Assembly (NCBI GenBank): GCA_963666835.2
Contig: CAXXGO010000001.1
Coordinates: 2,104,829-2,168,828 of the forward strand
DNA: 64,000 bases
Reading direction: 5' to 3'
Source: Phycisphaerae bacterium
GTDB taxonomy: Bacteria > Planctomycetota > Phycisphaerae > UBA1845
Shown here: positions 1-9,352 of the stretch, in pieces
Layout of the letters: every line of letters starts with the position of its first letter
Position numbering within the stretch: position 1 is the stretch's first letter
Notes under the pieces: model-generated
Told to the model about the DNA's origin: nothing
The model's database searches: none
Seen by the model: the letters and a program-made list of their open reading frames with translations, nothing else
Translations under genes and position numbers: made by a program

Positions 1-508
1 CGCGCGGGTCCTTGCCCGATGTCTCTATCACCAGATCGGCCGCGTCTTCGTAGTATAATTCGCGTTCGGAAAGGAGCCGGCGGATCTCGGTCTTGCCGTC
101 CAGGTCCGTAAGGGGCGGGCGGCTGTCGTTGGTTGCGGAGTCGGCGCTGACGCGCTCCCAGAGCACTCCGGCCGGGGCCCTAAGCCACACCACCGTCGAG
201 GTCGTTCGTAAGGCCTCGACGTTGCGGCTATCCAGAACCGCGCCGCCGCCGACGCTGATAACAGCCGGAGCCGATTCGACTACTCGCGCGATTACTTCAC
301 ATTCGCGACGGCGAAACTCCGCTTCGCCATCCTCATCGAATATTGCGGCGATCGACTTTCCGCATAATGCCGCGATCATGGCATCCGTATCGACCTGAAT
401 GTCCCCGAGCATCTCGGCCAATTCGCGCCCCACGGTGGATTTGCCACACCCCCGGCACCCTATCAGCGCAATGGGCGTTCGCTGGTCCGGGTCTTCTCTT
501 CCCGTCAC
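1..508 (-). CDS. aroK: Shikimate kinase (3' end beyond left edge; absent from supplied ORF track)
   Basis: Manual translation: IALIGCRGCGKSTVGRELA (P-loop), DTD, IFDEDGEAEFRRRE, VISVGGGAV, RPPL, RELYYEDAADLVI. GTG start overlaps the aroDE stop (GTGA). Confidence 0.95.
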   Translation of the reverse strand, partial: MTGREDPDQRTPIALIGCRGCGKSTVGRELAEMLGDIQVDTDAMIAALCGKSIAAIFDEDGEAEFRRRECEVIARVVESAPAVISVGGGAVLDSRNVEALRTTSTVVWLRAPAGVLWERVSADSATNDSRPPLTDLDGKTEIRRLLSERELYYEDAADLVIETSGKDPR

Positions 509-2058
509 GCCGATTCCTCCGTTTGTCCGGCAAGTTCCCTTACGATAACGTCGCGCGCGAGTCCGAGGTTAGGATTGACACCCGTCCAGAGCACGAACTG
601 AGCGGCGGCCTGTCGGACGAACATGTCCAAACCGTTAAGTGCGGCCGCGCCGACCCGCTGAGCGTCTGCGAGGAGCTTCGTACACAGAGGGTTGTAGATG
701 AGATCAAACACCAGCCGACAGCCTTCCAACCCCTTGGCCGTCATCGGGGATTCGTCGACCTCCGGCCACATTCCTACGCGCGTGCAGTTGATCAGGACCT
801 GTCCGCGGCGGTCGGCTCGTGTCTCCCAGGAGGCCGACCGGCAGTGGAACTCCGCGGCGAGGCAGTCGGTTGTGCGCGGGGACCGGCCGTATACCGTCGA
901 GTTGCACCCGGCTTCCCGCAGCCCGGCCAGCACGGCGCGGGCCGCTCCGCCGGTGCCGAGAACGTCGACCGCAAGTCCGCGCAGATCGCCGGTAGTGCAT
1001 CCCAACGATGCAGCCATCGACTCTATTGCGGCCTGGCAGTCGGTATTGTGACCTTCGACCCGCCCGTTGCAAAACACCAGCGTGTTCGCCGCCCCGATGG
1101 CCGCGGTGGCCTCAGTAGCGTTGCCGCCGACCCATTCGAGAGCGGCTACCTTGTGCGGCAGGGTAACGCTGAACCCGCCGACATTCAGCCACGGGCGGGC
1201 GACGCAGCCATCCAGGAAGCGGTGGAGGCAGTCATCCGCCCCGCGGACTCGCAACGGCATGTACACGGCGTCAAGACCGGCGTCGCTGAACCAGCGGTTC
1301 ATCAGAGCGGGGCTCACGGAGTGATGAATCGGATCACCCAGCACGCCGAATACGCGCGTTGACTCGTTAATCTGGGCCCAGCGATACCGATCGATCATCG
1401 CCTTTAGGGTAGGCTGCCCCGGAGCGGTGAAGGAGGACGAGTCCAAGCAGCAGTACGTGCCGAACCCTCCGAGTTTGCCCGCAAGTACCCGAGACCAAAG
1501 ACCATCTTCGCCCATCGCTATGGCGACTGCCTTATCTCGATGGCGGTGCATCAGGTCCAGTGACGCAAAGCTGTCACAAATGGCGTCGGACTTGTACGCG
1601 ACCTTGGCGATTCCGCCGGCATCGCGCATTTCCTTCGCGGCAGCGGCGAGGTCCATCCGGGCACCGGAGAAGTCATGCGCAGAGAGAATCAGGTTGAGTT
1701 CGGACCTGTTGGGGCTCGTGGCGGCCCGACCGATCAGACGCTGTGCGCCGGCCGACCCTCTCCAGTCGGCCATTTCGAAATCGATGATCGCACGGCCGTC
1801 GCCGGCAACAGTTGCAAGTTGTGCCGCCCGCTCTTCAGCCGGGGCATCGGACCGCCCGCCCTCGCGGTTCGTACGGCACGTAAGCAGCCAGGTCTTGGGT
1901 GACGTTTCGGCGACATATTCTGCAAGAGCCGTGATGTCATCGCTGTAGGCGTCGAGCCGAATCTCGACCGCATCGGTACCGCCGGCAAACGCTCGTTCGG
2001 CTTGCGATTTCACATCGGCAAGCGTTTTCGCGGCGATCGACGTGATCAGTAGCGACAT
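505..2058 (-). CDS. aroDE: Fused type I 3-dehydroquinate dehydratase / shikimate dehydrogenase
   Basis: N-half VEIRLD, LLTCRT..EGG, ILSAHDF, IAKVA, TAPGQ; C-half GDPIHHSVSP, SVTLPHK, IGAANT, HNTD, GTGGAARA, DLIYNP, GLDMFVRQAAAQF. Confidence 0.95.
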   Translation of the reverse strand: MSLLITSIAAKTLADVKSQAERAFAGGTDAVEIRLDAYSDDITALAEYVAETSPKTWLLTCRTNREGGRSDAPAEERAAQLATVAGDGRAIIDFEMADWRGSAGAQRLIGRAATSPNRSELNLILSAHDFSGARMDLAAAAKEMRDAGGIAKVAYKSDAICDSFASLDLMHRHRDKAVAIAMGEDGLWSRVLAGKLGGFGTYCCLDSSSFTAPGQPTLKAMIDRYRWAQINESTRVFGVLGDPIHHSVSPALMNRWFSDAGLDAVYMPLRVRGADDCLHRFLDGCVARPWLNVGGFSVTLPHKVAALEWVGGNATEATAAIGAANTLVFCNGRVEGHNTDCQAAIESMAASLGCTTGDLRGLAVDVLGTGGAARAVLAGLREAGCNSTVYGRSPRTTDCLAAEFHCRSASWETRADRRGQVLINCTRVGMWPEVDESPMTAKGLEGCRLVFDLIYNPLCTKLLADAQRVGAAALNGLDMFVRQAAAQFVLWTGVNPNLGLARDVIVRELAGQTEESA

Positions 2059-2114
2059 CGAGGGCTCCAGACAGTCCGGCTGACGCTCGTGGCGGCCCCG
2101 CCGAGGCAGCGCGC

Positions 2115-3254
2115 CTAGCCCGCCACCCGTTTCTCCAAGATCGGGATCTGGTCTTTCAAGGCACGGGCCTGCGGCGAGTCGGGGTATTGTTCGACCACGT
2201 GTTTCGCGAGGCGGAGCGCATCCGCGTATTCATGATCCCTGACGAGATCCTTGAACCGAGCTTCGATCTCTTTGCGTTGCACAATCTCCGCATTCGATCG
2301 CAAGGTCTCCATCTGTCTCCGCAGGGCGTCGGCCTCCCGCGCGGCAGGGAACCGCTCCAGGAACTCCTCAGTAGCGGCCGCCGCTTCCGACCACCGATGC
2401 TGGTCGGCACACTTCTGAATGTGCGCGTACAGTCGGGCGCATCGGGTACGCTGCCACAACTGCCGAGCCCGAGCACTGCTGGGATGGTTTGCGTACAGCT
2501 TTTGGGTGAACTGCTCGGCGATAGCCCATTGCCCCTTCTGGCTGGCTTCCTCAACTTGCCGCTTGGTCCGCGCGAAATCGAGCGCCTCGTTCCGGGCGGC
2601 GGCTTCGTCGATCTTGGTCTGCAAGCGGGCCAACGTCGGTGTGCTTCCGAACGCAGCTTCGGCGTCCTGCAGCAGCAGACGCGCCCGGCCAAGCTGGCGG
2701 CTGTTGATTGCGTCGACGATCTCCTCGGCCGCCCGGCGCTGCACGCGGTTGTGAAGACGCTCTTTGGCCTTCTCTCGATCATCCGGAGCAAGCAACTGGA
2801 AGTCGCGGAGGTCCGTCAATAGGGCAACGGTCTGCTCGGAATCGCTGGTCGTAGTTCCGGCGGGCTGGTCTTCCGCCAGGATATTGGGTTCCTGCGCCGC
2901 CTTGATTGCTGCTTGCAGACTGGTTTCTGCCATGTGCGCCATGGCGTGGACGTATCGAAGAACTGCCGCGGCCGCGACCAGAAGCCCACCCATGGTTATG
3001 CCCACCACCAATCCGGTGACCAACGTGGATAGGAAGGGTACATCCAGCGGCTGATGTTCGCGCAGTCGCCAGCCCAGAACGATCAATGCCCCGACCGGCG
3101 CCACGACCAGATTAACGAAACCCATAGCCTGCAGAAAAACTGACAGGAAGGGCGGTTTCACCGCGGGTTGATCCACCGGCGGTTGCGGCGATTGGTCCAT
3201 CGAGACGTCTCCCTTCAGATCGAGCCGTTCCGGCAACGTATCTCGGATCGACAT
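2115..3254 (-). CDS. Membrane-anchored protein with TPR-like helical repeats
   Basis: Two N-terminal hydrophobic helices; repeated YANHPSSARA / LERFPAAREA / VEQYPDSPQA TPR-like motifs. Confidence 0.75.
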   Translation of the reverse strand: MSIRDTLPERLDLKGDVSMDQSPQPPVDQPAVKPPFLSVFLQAMGFVNLVVAPVGALIVLGWRLREHQPLDVPFLSTLVTGLVVGITMGGLLVAAAAVLRYVHAMAHMAETSLQAAIKAAQEPNILAEDQPAGTTTSDSEQTVALLTDLRDFQLLAPDDREKAKERLHNRVQRRAAEEIVDAINSRQLGRARLLLQDAEAAFGSTPTLARLQTKIDEAAARNEALDFARTKRQVEEASQKGQWAIAEQFTQKLYANHPSSARARQLWQRTRCARLYAHIQKCADQHRWSEAAAATEEFLERFPAAREADALRRQMETLRSNAEIVQRKEIEARFKDLVRDHEYADALRLAKHVVEQYPDSPQARALKDQIPILEKRVAG

Positions 3255-3471
3255 GCCGGCGCACGATGATTACCGTCACGAACGCCCGCGGTCTATCCGA
3301 TTGCCGCCCCACGTTGGCTGCAACCTATTCGTTAACAACGATTTAACAGAACTCTCGCCGCGGCTCGTTCGGAATCTTGTACAACACCGGCGAGCCGCGT
3401 GCAAGCGGAGGTGACCTATATGCGCTTCGCGGGACACGTGTAATGCCGGACCGGTGGAGCCGCCGGGGAAG

Positions 3472-3969
3472 CTAGATACCCTGCTTCTCGTAGAACACGC
3501 CTTTGTCCACTTTCTGCAGGAAGGCCTGATAGAACGCGGGGTCTTCAATTGGCCGGACGGTGATGACCTCGTTCCGGTTGTTCACTACTTTGACCTGGAA
3601 GTTGACCCGCAGCCGCATGCCGTTGCGTACTTCGGTGACATTGGCCGCGCACTCGATAATCGCGTTCTTCCGCCACCTGGCGTCCTTGCTCCCGTGCCAG
3701 AATCTCGCCCAGAATCTCTCGTTGCCCTTTTCGATATCCGTCTCTTTGACGGCGTGGACGAATCCGACTTCGAGATTGACTTGCCTTGGGATAAACGCCT
3801 CATCCTGCAGAACATTCAGGACCGCCTTGATCGCCTTCTTCGGGTCTTTGATTTCGTATGAGCGAGTCTGCATCTGGCGGACCTGGAGCTGTGACATCCG
3901 AACTTCCGGCTGGTGGCATCCGGAACAGATTGCCAGGAAGACTCCCGCTACGATGGGTATCGTCCTCAT
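3472..3969 (-). CDS. Putative lipoprotein, unknown function
   Basis: Signal peptide with lipobox-like CSGC; co-oriented 18 bp downstream of the next lipoprotein gene. Confidence 0.75.
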   Translation of the reverse strand: MRTIPIVAGVFLAICSGCHQPEVRMSQLQVRQMQTRSYEIKDPKKAIKAVLNVLQDEAFIPRQVNLEVGFVHAVKETDIEKGNERFWARFWHGSKDARWRKNAIIECAANVTEVRNGMRLRVNFQVKVVNNRNEVITVRPIEDPAFYQAFLQKVDKGVFYEKQGI

Positions 3970-3987
3970 GATGAGCCCCCGTCGATT

Positions 3988-4455
3988 CTAGAATCGGCTC
4001 GAATGATAGGAGAAGTCGCTGACGCGGCTTGCTTCGTCGAACTTGATAATGACGGTGAGCGTGCGTTGGGTCGTTGCCGACGCGCCGGCCGACTTGCCGT
4101 AACCGGTCGCAAGGCCGCCGAGGATCAAGGTCTGCCCGCCCGTCATGCCGCCCCCGCCGGCCACACCGCCGATCCCGCCGGCATCGTTGGAGTATGACGC
4201 CTCTGTCGCAATCTTGTCATATATCCACGTCTCCATACCGCCGGAGTCTCGCGATACGATATTCGGAGAGCCCAGAGCCGCGGCCACGTCCGCCCCGGAC
4301 ATCCCCTTGCGGATCTCCTTCTGGACAACGCCGACGGTCAGTCGTTGGTCTTGCGCGGAGTGCAGTTGCGAAGAGTGCTTCCCCGCAGTCCTACACCCGG
4401 CCACGACCCACAAGAAAGACAGGCAGAGAATCGCTGTTGTTATTCTGGAACTCAT
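3988..4455 (-). CDS. BamE/SmpA-like lipoprotein
   Basis: Lipobox VAGC; IRKGMSGADVAAALGSP..ETWIY..LTVIIKFD..V pattern; RBS GAGGGAG. Confidence 0.7.
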   Translation of the reverse strand: MSSRITTAILCLSFLWVVAGCRTAGKHSSQLHSAQDQRLTVGVVQKEIRKGMSGADVAAALGSPNIVSRDSGGMETWIYDKIATEASYSNDAGGIGGVAGGGGMTGGQTLILGGLATGYGKSAGASATTQRTLTVIIKFDEASRVSDFSYHSSRF

Positions 4456-4696
4456 GAGTCACTCCCTCTGTGCATACCGTGACACGGTCCCCACGCCGGT
4501 ACGGGACGGCGGACGCCGCGTTCCGTGATTCCCCATCCGTTCTTCTAACCTGACGATGGCGAACGGTCAACGTGGCGACAGGTTGACCATCCGTTTGACG
4601 GCCGTCAGGGGGCTGTTACGAAACGAACGGCGAATCAGCATGGAAGAAAGCAACGCGTGCCGATAGGATTGCCGGGCAACGACCGGTCTACGGGAG

Positions 4697-5254
4697 ATGA
4701 ACGTAATGGCCCTGGAGTGTCCGAACTGTCGTGCCCCTGTTTCGCTTTGGCGAGCGTTCAGGACGACGGCTTGGGGCCGGTTCACCTGCAAAACGTGCGG
4801 GTCCGTCCTCGGTATCAATGTGAAGCGGAGGTTCTTTGCGCTGATCCCGTTAACGGTTTGGATGGTCTTCCTCATGTCCGTGGTAGGTATGCGGCAATAC
4901 GGGACTGCCTGGATGGCAGCCGCGTATCTCGCGTCGTCCCTGTTCATCTTCTATCTGTTTGAGGACATCGTTTTAATCGAGAGGCGGGCTTTCTGCTGCC
5001 GAAAATGCGGGTACGAACTCGAAGGACTACCTCTGCCGCGGTGCCCCGAATGTGGCACGGGGTTCGACCCGGAAGAGAAGCAGCGGATCGAGGAGCGTAT
5101 CGGACAGCCGATCCCTCGCGCCCGTTACCGTTGGGTGCTGGTGCTTTTGATCTTATTGCTCGTCGGTACGCTCATCCTCAGCATCACGACCATTCAATGC
5201 GCCAAGGCGCCACCACGACCAGCACCCGCGCCCCAGCAGCCCCAAGCCCGCTAG
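4697..5254 (+). CDS. Zn-ribbon membrane protein
   Basis: CPNC/CKTC, two TM segments, CRKCGYELEGL..RCPECG, C-terminal TM. Confidence 0.75.
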   Translation: MNVMALECPNCRAPVSLWRAFRTTAWGRFTCKTCGSVLGINVKRRFFALIPLTVWMVFLMSVVGMRQYGTAWMAAAYLASSLFIFYLFEDIVLIERRAFCCRKCGYELEGLPLPRCPECGTGFDPEEKQRIEERIGQPIPRARYRWVLVLLILLLVGTLILSITTIQCAKAPPRPAPAPQQPQAR

Positions 5255-5275
5255 GTTCCGCCTTGGTCACGCCAT

Positions 5276-6889
5276 TCACGCCGGCGGTTTCACTGCGACA
5301 ACCACATTGTGCTTGAGCTTCTGGACGATCAGAGGCCTGGCGTCTTTGAAATCACCGCGACGAAACAGCAGGTCACGGATCAAAGGAGGGCTGGAGATGA
5401 CATAATCGAGCTGCAGCTCGTGGATGTACTCGGCCATCGTACCGGTCCGCAGAGCTTGGTAGGCTCCGCTGCTGGTCTTGCCGTCCAGATTGTAGATATC
5501 CGCGTCAATGAAATAGTCGAGCGTACCGCTCTCGAAACTGCCGACCTTCATCCTGGGCGTCCAGGAATCGCGAATCGTAATCGCGTCGGCGTACAGGCGT
5601 GCGGCTATTCCCGTCTTGTCTACCGGCCCGAACAGAAGGGCGTGGTCTCGGATTCCACCGGCCACCAGTACCGTGACAACGGCGATCCCGACCCATCGCC
5701 AGCGGCCGCCGCGGGCCGCCCGCTGCCCGATCCAGCTCAACAAAACGGCGCTTGGCAACAGAAGCGCAATGGCTACCGGAGTGAGGTATCGCCAGTAGTG
5801 CCACTGGGCGAAGAAGTAGAAGCAGTACGCTCCGATCAGCAGGCCACAGAACACCCACAGATACCAAAGACGCCGAAAGACGTCCCGCAATCTCGGTGGG
5901 GGCGAGTCGTCATCCCGAATTCCGTTCCGCGCCGCAAAGGCCGTCAGGACTATCACGAGAGCCACAACGACGGGGCCGAGGACGACCGAGGAGGTCAGAA
6001 GATGCGCCGGGATTGCCAGCGCGGTTGACTCGACCAGTGTTCGACCGGCGTGAGCGAGGTTGCTGGTGTAGTATTCCCCCGGAACCTCGTCGAGAGGGAA
6101 GTAGCTGGGCTCGCGAGCCGGGCCCTCGGGCGAACCGTAAAGCTGCGCCACCATCCGCGTGGCTGCTCCGCTAATGGGCGTAAGTCGCCCGCATTCAACA
6201 AGGCTGAAGATGAACCAGGGGGCGATGACTATCGCAGCCGAGGTGACGATCAACCCCAGCGAGTCCATCTGCCGGCGGACAAGGCGAACTCTGATCTGGT
6301 CTATCCCCAACGGAACCAGCAGAAGCCCCAGGTCCAGCCGGGCCAGCATGGCTAAGCCCATCACCAGACCGAGGCTGATTGCCGAAAGCACGCCGAATCG
6401 CTGCCCGGGACACTTGCTGCGAAGGTGCAGGTAGATGACGACGAGCATCATCAGATTGGCCAGGCTGGTCTCGAGCCCGTTAAGTCCGACGCGCGTGAAA
6501 TGGGCGGATACTGTCCAGAGCAGGAGTCCGACCAGCCCGGTCCGGACGTTGTGAAGTTCTCGCAGGATCAGATAGACAAAGTACCCGGCCGCTACGCTGC
6601 ACGCGCTCAACAGTCCGGCGGCCGCGACGGTTGCCTGGTGATGGTCTAGGAACCAGTAAAACGGCACAAGCAAGAAGACATAGAGCGGCTGGAACCCGTT
6701 AGTGGGCACGCCCGCCTGCGTAATCCCTAGCCCTGCCGCGATATTCGACGCGAACTTGAGCGACATGAACGAATCGTCGCCGAAGAAACCCTGATCGGTC
6801 ATCGGACCACACCATGCGATCAACGCCATGCGGATGAGAATCTCACAGGCAAGAAGAGCGATCAGAATGGCGCGGTACGAGCGTAACAA
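5276..6889 (-). CDS. Polytopic membrane protein, GT-C (ArnT/PMT-like) glycosyltransferase
   Basis: DDSFMSLKFASNIAAGLG, TNGFQPLY, NGLET, LARLD motifs; about 12 TM segments. Confidence 0.75.
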   Translation of the reverse strand: MLRSYRAILIALLACEILIRMALIAWCGPMTDQGFFGDDSFMSLKFASNIAAGLGITQAGVPTNGFQPLYVFLLVPFYWFLDHHQATVAAAGLLSACSVAAGYFVYLILRELHNVRTGLVGLLLWTVSAHFTRVGLNGLETSLANLMMLVVIYLHLRSKCPGQRFGVLSAISLGLVMGLAMLARLDLGLLLVPLGIDQIRVRLVRRQMDSLGLIVTSAAIVIAPWFIFSLVECGRLTPISGAATRMVAQLYGSPEGPAREPSYFPLDEVPGEYYTSNLAHAGRTLVESTALAIPAHLLTSSVVLGPVVVALVIVLTAFAARNGIRDDDSPPPRLRDVFRRLWYLWVFCGLLIGAYCFYFFAQWHYWRYLTPVAIALLLPSAVLLSWIGQRAARGGRWRWVGIAVVTVLVAGGIRDHALLFGPVDKTGIAARLYADAITIRDSWTPRMKVGSFESGTLDYFIDADIYNLDGKTSSGAYQALRTGTMAEYIHELQLDYVISSPPLIRDLLFRRGDFKDARPLIVQKLKHNVVVAVKPPA

Positions 6890-7112
6890 AACTCACCCTC
6901 GACTCTGGGGCTCGGTGCTCTTGGCACCCCTATGGGTGCCCGCCCGCGATGTTAACGGCGACTGCGGGGGCGGGCTACTCTCGTTGGACACGCCCTTGGA
7001 CACCCCGCCCGGGCCATCTGCCGGGGGTGGCCAGGACTCCGGGTTTCGGAGATACTTGCCGCGGAAGAGAGTTGATCGGTTGTCCCTGGCCTTTGAAGGA
7101 GGCGGAGTGCGA

Positions 7113-7703
7113 ATGTTTGCCAAACGAGCCTGTTGGACATTGTTGTCGATGTTGGCGATCCCTGCGGCGGCTACGGCCCAGGACCTGCCGTGGGAGACGT
7201 ACGAGGACGCGCTTTCGGATTCGGTGTGCGATGTGGTCAACGCGGAGAATGTCGAGCTGGTGGTCTCGTGGGATTCGACGTTGGGCGTCTATAACATGGT
7301 TGTCGTAACCGGCAGCGACATCCGGCTGGCGGATACGCAGGTGCTCGACAACGGGGATGTGCTCTATCTCGGTGAGTCCGCCGGTTTCATTCAGTTTGAC
7401 GAGGATGGCGACGGCTATCGAACGTTGTGGTGGGTAGGGATCGGAGGCAACGTCGTCAACGTTAACAGCTTCTCGGGCGAGCCCACGGTTTCGGACTACT
7501 TCCCGGGAGATTTTCACGATGTGCCGTGCGACGCGTGCGGTCTCTGGGACGACACCTCGGCCTGTGATCCGGTGGATTCGGATGACTCAGTGGTCGTTCC
7601 GCCGATTACCATCAACTTCTGCGGGACGGGCGCAGCTTTGGCGATGGCCATGAGTATGGTCGGGTTGACGGTCATGCGGCTCGCAGGCCGTCGTCGTTGC
7701 TAG
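7113..7703 (+). CDS. Secreted acidic protein with C-terminal CGxG-TM-basic tail
   Basis: RBS AAGGAGG before ATG 7113; signal peptide ..AAATA-QD; ends FCGTGAALAMAMSMVGLTVMRLAGRRRC. Confidence 0.8.
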   Translation: MFAKRACWTLLSMLAIPAAATAQDLPWETYEDALSDSVCDVVNAENVELVVSWDSTLGVYNMVVVTGSDIRLADTQVLDNGDVLYLGESAGFIQFDEDGDGYRTLWWVGIGGNVVNVNSFSGEPTVSDYFPGDFHDVPCDACGLWDDTSACDPVDSDDSVVVPPITINFCGTGAALAMAMSMVGLTVMRLAGRRRC

Positions 7704-7801
7704 TGCTACGTCATACTTGGGTCTTCGGGTGTGCCACTGCTCTTGAGCAGTGCAGGGGCGGGACGCGGTGTGGATTTAACCCGGACCTTCACGAGTGGCG
7801 A
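7701..7801 (+). repeat. Dispersed REP/MITE-like palindromic repeat, copy 1
   Basis: TAGTGC..CGGGTGTGCCACTGCTCTTGAGCAGTGC (core 7726-7753; hairpin CACTGCTC/GAGCAGTG). Confidence 0.8.
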
Positions 7802-7935
7802 TGCACTGCCGTCCGCCGCTTAAGCAGGGGCGCCCATGACGGTGTCACGCGGAGCGTCTACGTTGTCGGGGCAGCATAGAGCTGTCGTGCATACAATCCT
7901 GGCCGAACTTCTGTGGTTTTACGAGGAGCCCTAGA

Positions 7936-9054
7936 GTGAGCAATACGATTCAGACATTGTCGGCGCGCGGGCAGTCAATCTGGTGCGACAACATCAGCCG
8001 ACAGATGCTTGATGCCGGGGAGCTGCGGCGCTTGATCGATCTGGGCGTTTGCGGCGTGACCTCCAACCCCACTATCTTCATGAAGGCCATCACCGGCAGC
8101 ACGGCCTACGATGAGCGGTTCTCCGCCTTGCTCGCTCAAGGGTTGGACATGATGGCTCTGTACGAGGGTCTGGTTCTTCCAGACATCGCCGACGCAGCCG
8201 ATCAACTCAGACCGGTCTACGATCGCACCGAGGGGCTGGACGGCTACGTCAGTCTCGAAGTGAACCCGAAGCTGGCTCACGATACGGCCGGAACGCTTGC
8301 CGAGGCCCGCCGGCTTTCCAAGGAACTGAACCGGCCCAACATCCTGATTAAGGTCCCGGCTACGGATGAGGGAATGCCGGCGGTTGAAACACTGATTGCC
8401 GAGGGGATCAACGTCAACGTCACGCTGATCTTCGGAATCGACGCGTACGAGCAAGTCATGCATGCGTACCTCAACGGCCTGCGACGCCTGCGCACAAACG
8501 GCGGCGACCTGTCGAAAGCGGCGTCGGTGGCCTCGTTCTTCATCAGTCGCGTCGACACGCTGGTGGATAAGCTCTTGGATGAGAAAGCCGCGGAGGGCAA
8601 GAATGTCAAGGAGTTGTACGGCTTGGCCGCGGTAGCCAATGCCAAGCTGGCCTATGCCCGTTTCGAACAAGTCTTCGATGCCGCGGGAGAGTTCGGGGAC
8701 CTCGCGGCCGACGGAGCGCGCATCCAGCGTCCGCTCTGGGCCAGCACCAGCACGAAGAACCCCAACTACCCCGACACCAAGTACGTCGATGACCTGGTAG
8801 GACCTCATACGGTTAATACGGTGCCGCCCGCCACGATCGAGGCCGCCCTTGATCACGGGGCAACCGTTGATGTGATCCGGGACAACGTGGACGGGGAAAG
8901 TCGCGTGATCGATCGGCTCGCTGAACTGGGGATCGCAATCAAGACAGTCACCGATCAGCTCCGAACCGAGGGGGTGGCCGCCTTCGTCAGGTCTTTCGAC
9001 GAGCTCCTGGAAGACCTGGGCAGAAAGCGGGACGAACTCGGCGCCGCTCGGTGA
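7936..9054 (+). CDS. tal: Transaldolase
   Basis: QSIWCDNI, GVTSNPTIF, GYVSLEV, LIKVPAT, NVNVTLIF, SVASFFISRVD, QRPLWASTSTKNP; RBS GAGGAG. Confidence 0.97.
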   Translation: MSNTIQTLSARGQSIWCDNISRQMLDAGELRRLIDLGVCGVTSNPTIFMKAITGSTAYDERFSALLAQGLDMMALYEGLVLPDIADAADQLRPVYDRTEGLDGYVSLEVNPKLAHDTAGTLAEARRLSKELNRPNILIKVPATDEGMPAVETLIAEGINVNVTLIFGIDAYEQVMHAYLNGLRRLRTNGGDLSKAASVASFFISRVDTLVDKLLDEKAAEGKNVKELYGLAAVANAKLAYARFEQVFDAAGEFGDLAADGARIQRPLWASTSTKNPNYPDTKYVDDLVGPHTVNTVPPATIEAALDHGATVDVIRDNVDGESRVIDRLAELGIAIKTVTDQLRTEGVAAFVRSFDELLEDLGRKRDELGAAR

Positions 9055-9352
9055 CCGCGAGCCCTTTCTGGTGTAAACCCGCAATACTCGCAGGCGGCAA
9101 CGGGATGCCCCCGGTTATTGGGGGGGGCACCCATTCGGCGCGGGTTGTCGCGGATTCGTTCCCGTCTTCACTCGGGGCCTTGGCCGAAACCACACCTGTA
9201 CGTCGATGGTAACCGATGATTGAAGCACGGGGTCCGGCGGCACTCGCAGGCCGGACCCGGGGCGGTAGCGCGGACCTCTGGCATCGTAAATGCTAGAGAG
9301 CTTGATAGCGTGGCTTGACGTGGGGTTATGGGGACATTTCGGGTTAGATGCC

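Noticed and set aside
505..2058. AroD-AroE fusion as a novelty
   Set aside because: Already known from planctomycetes, chlamydiae and plants.
7975..9084. Long antisense or alternate-frame ORFs (also 343-1362, 32760-33995, 45397-46551, 53606-54658)
   Set aside because: Shadows of well-supported genes in high-GC DNA; no motifs.
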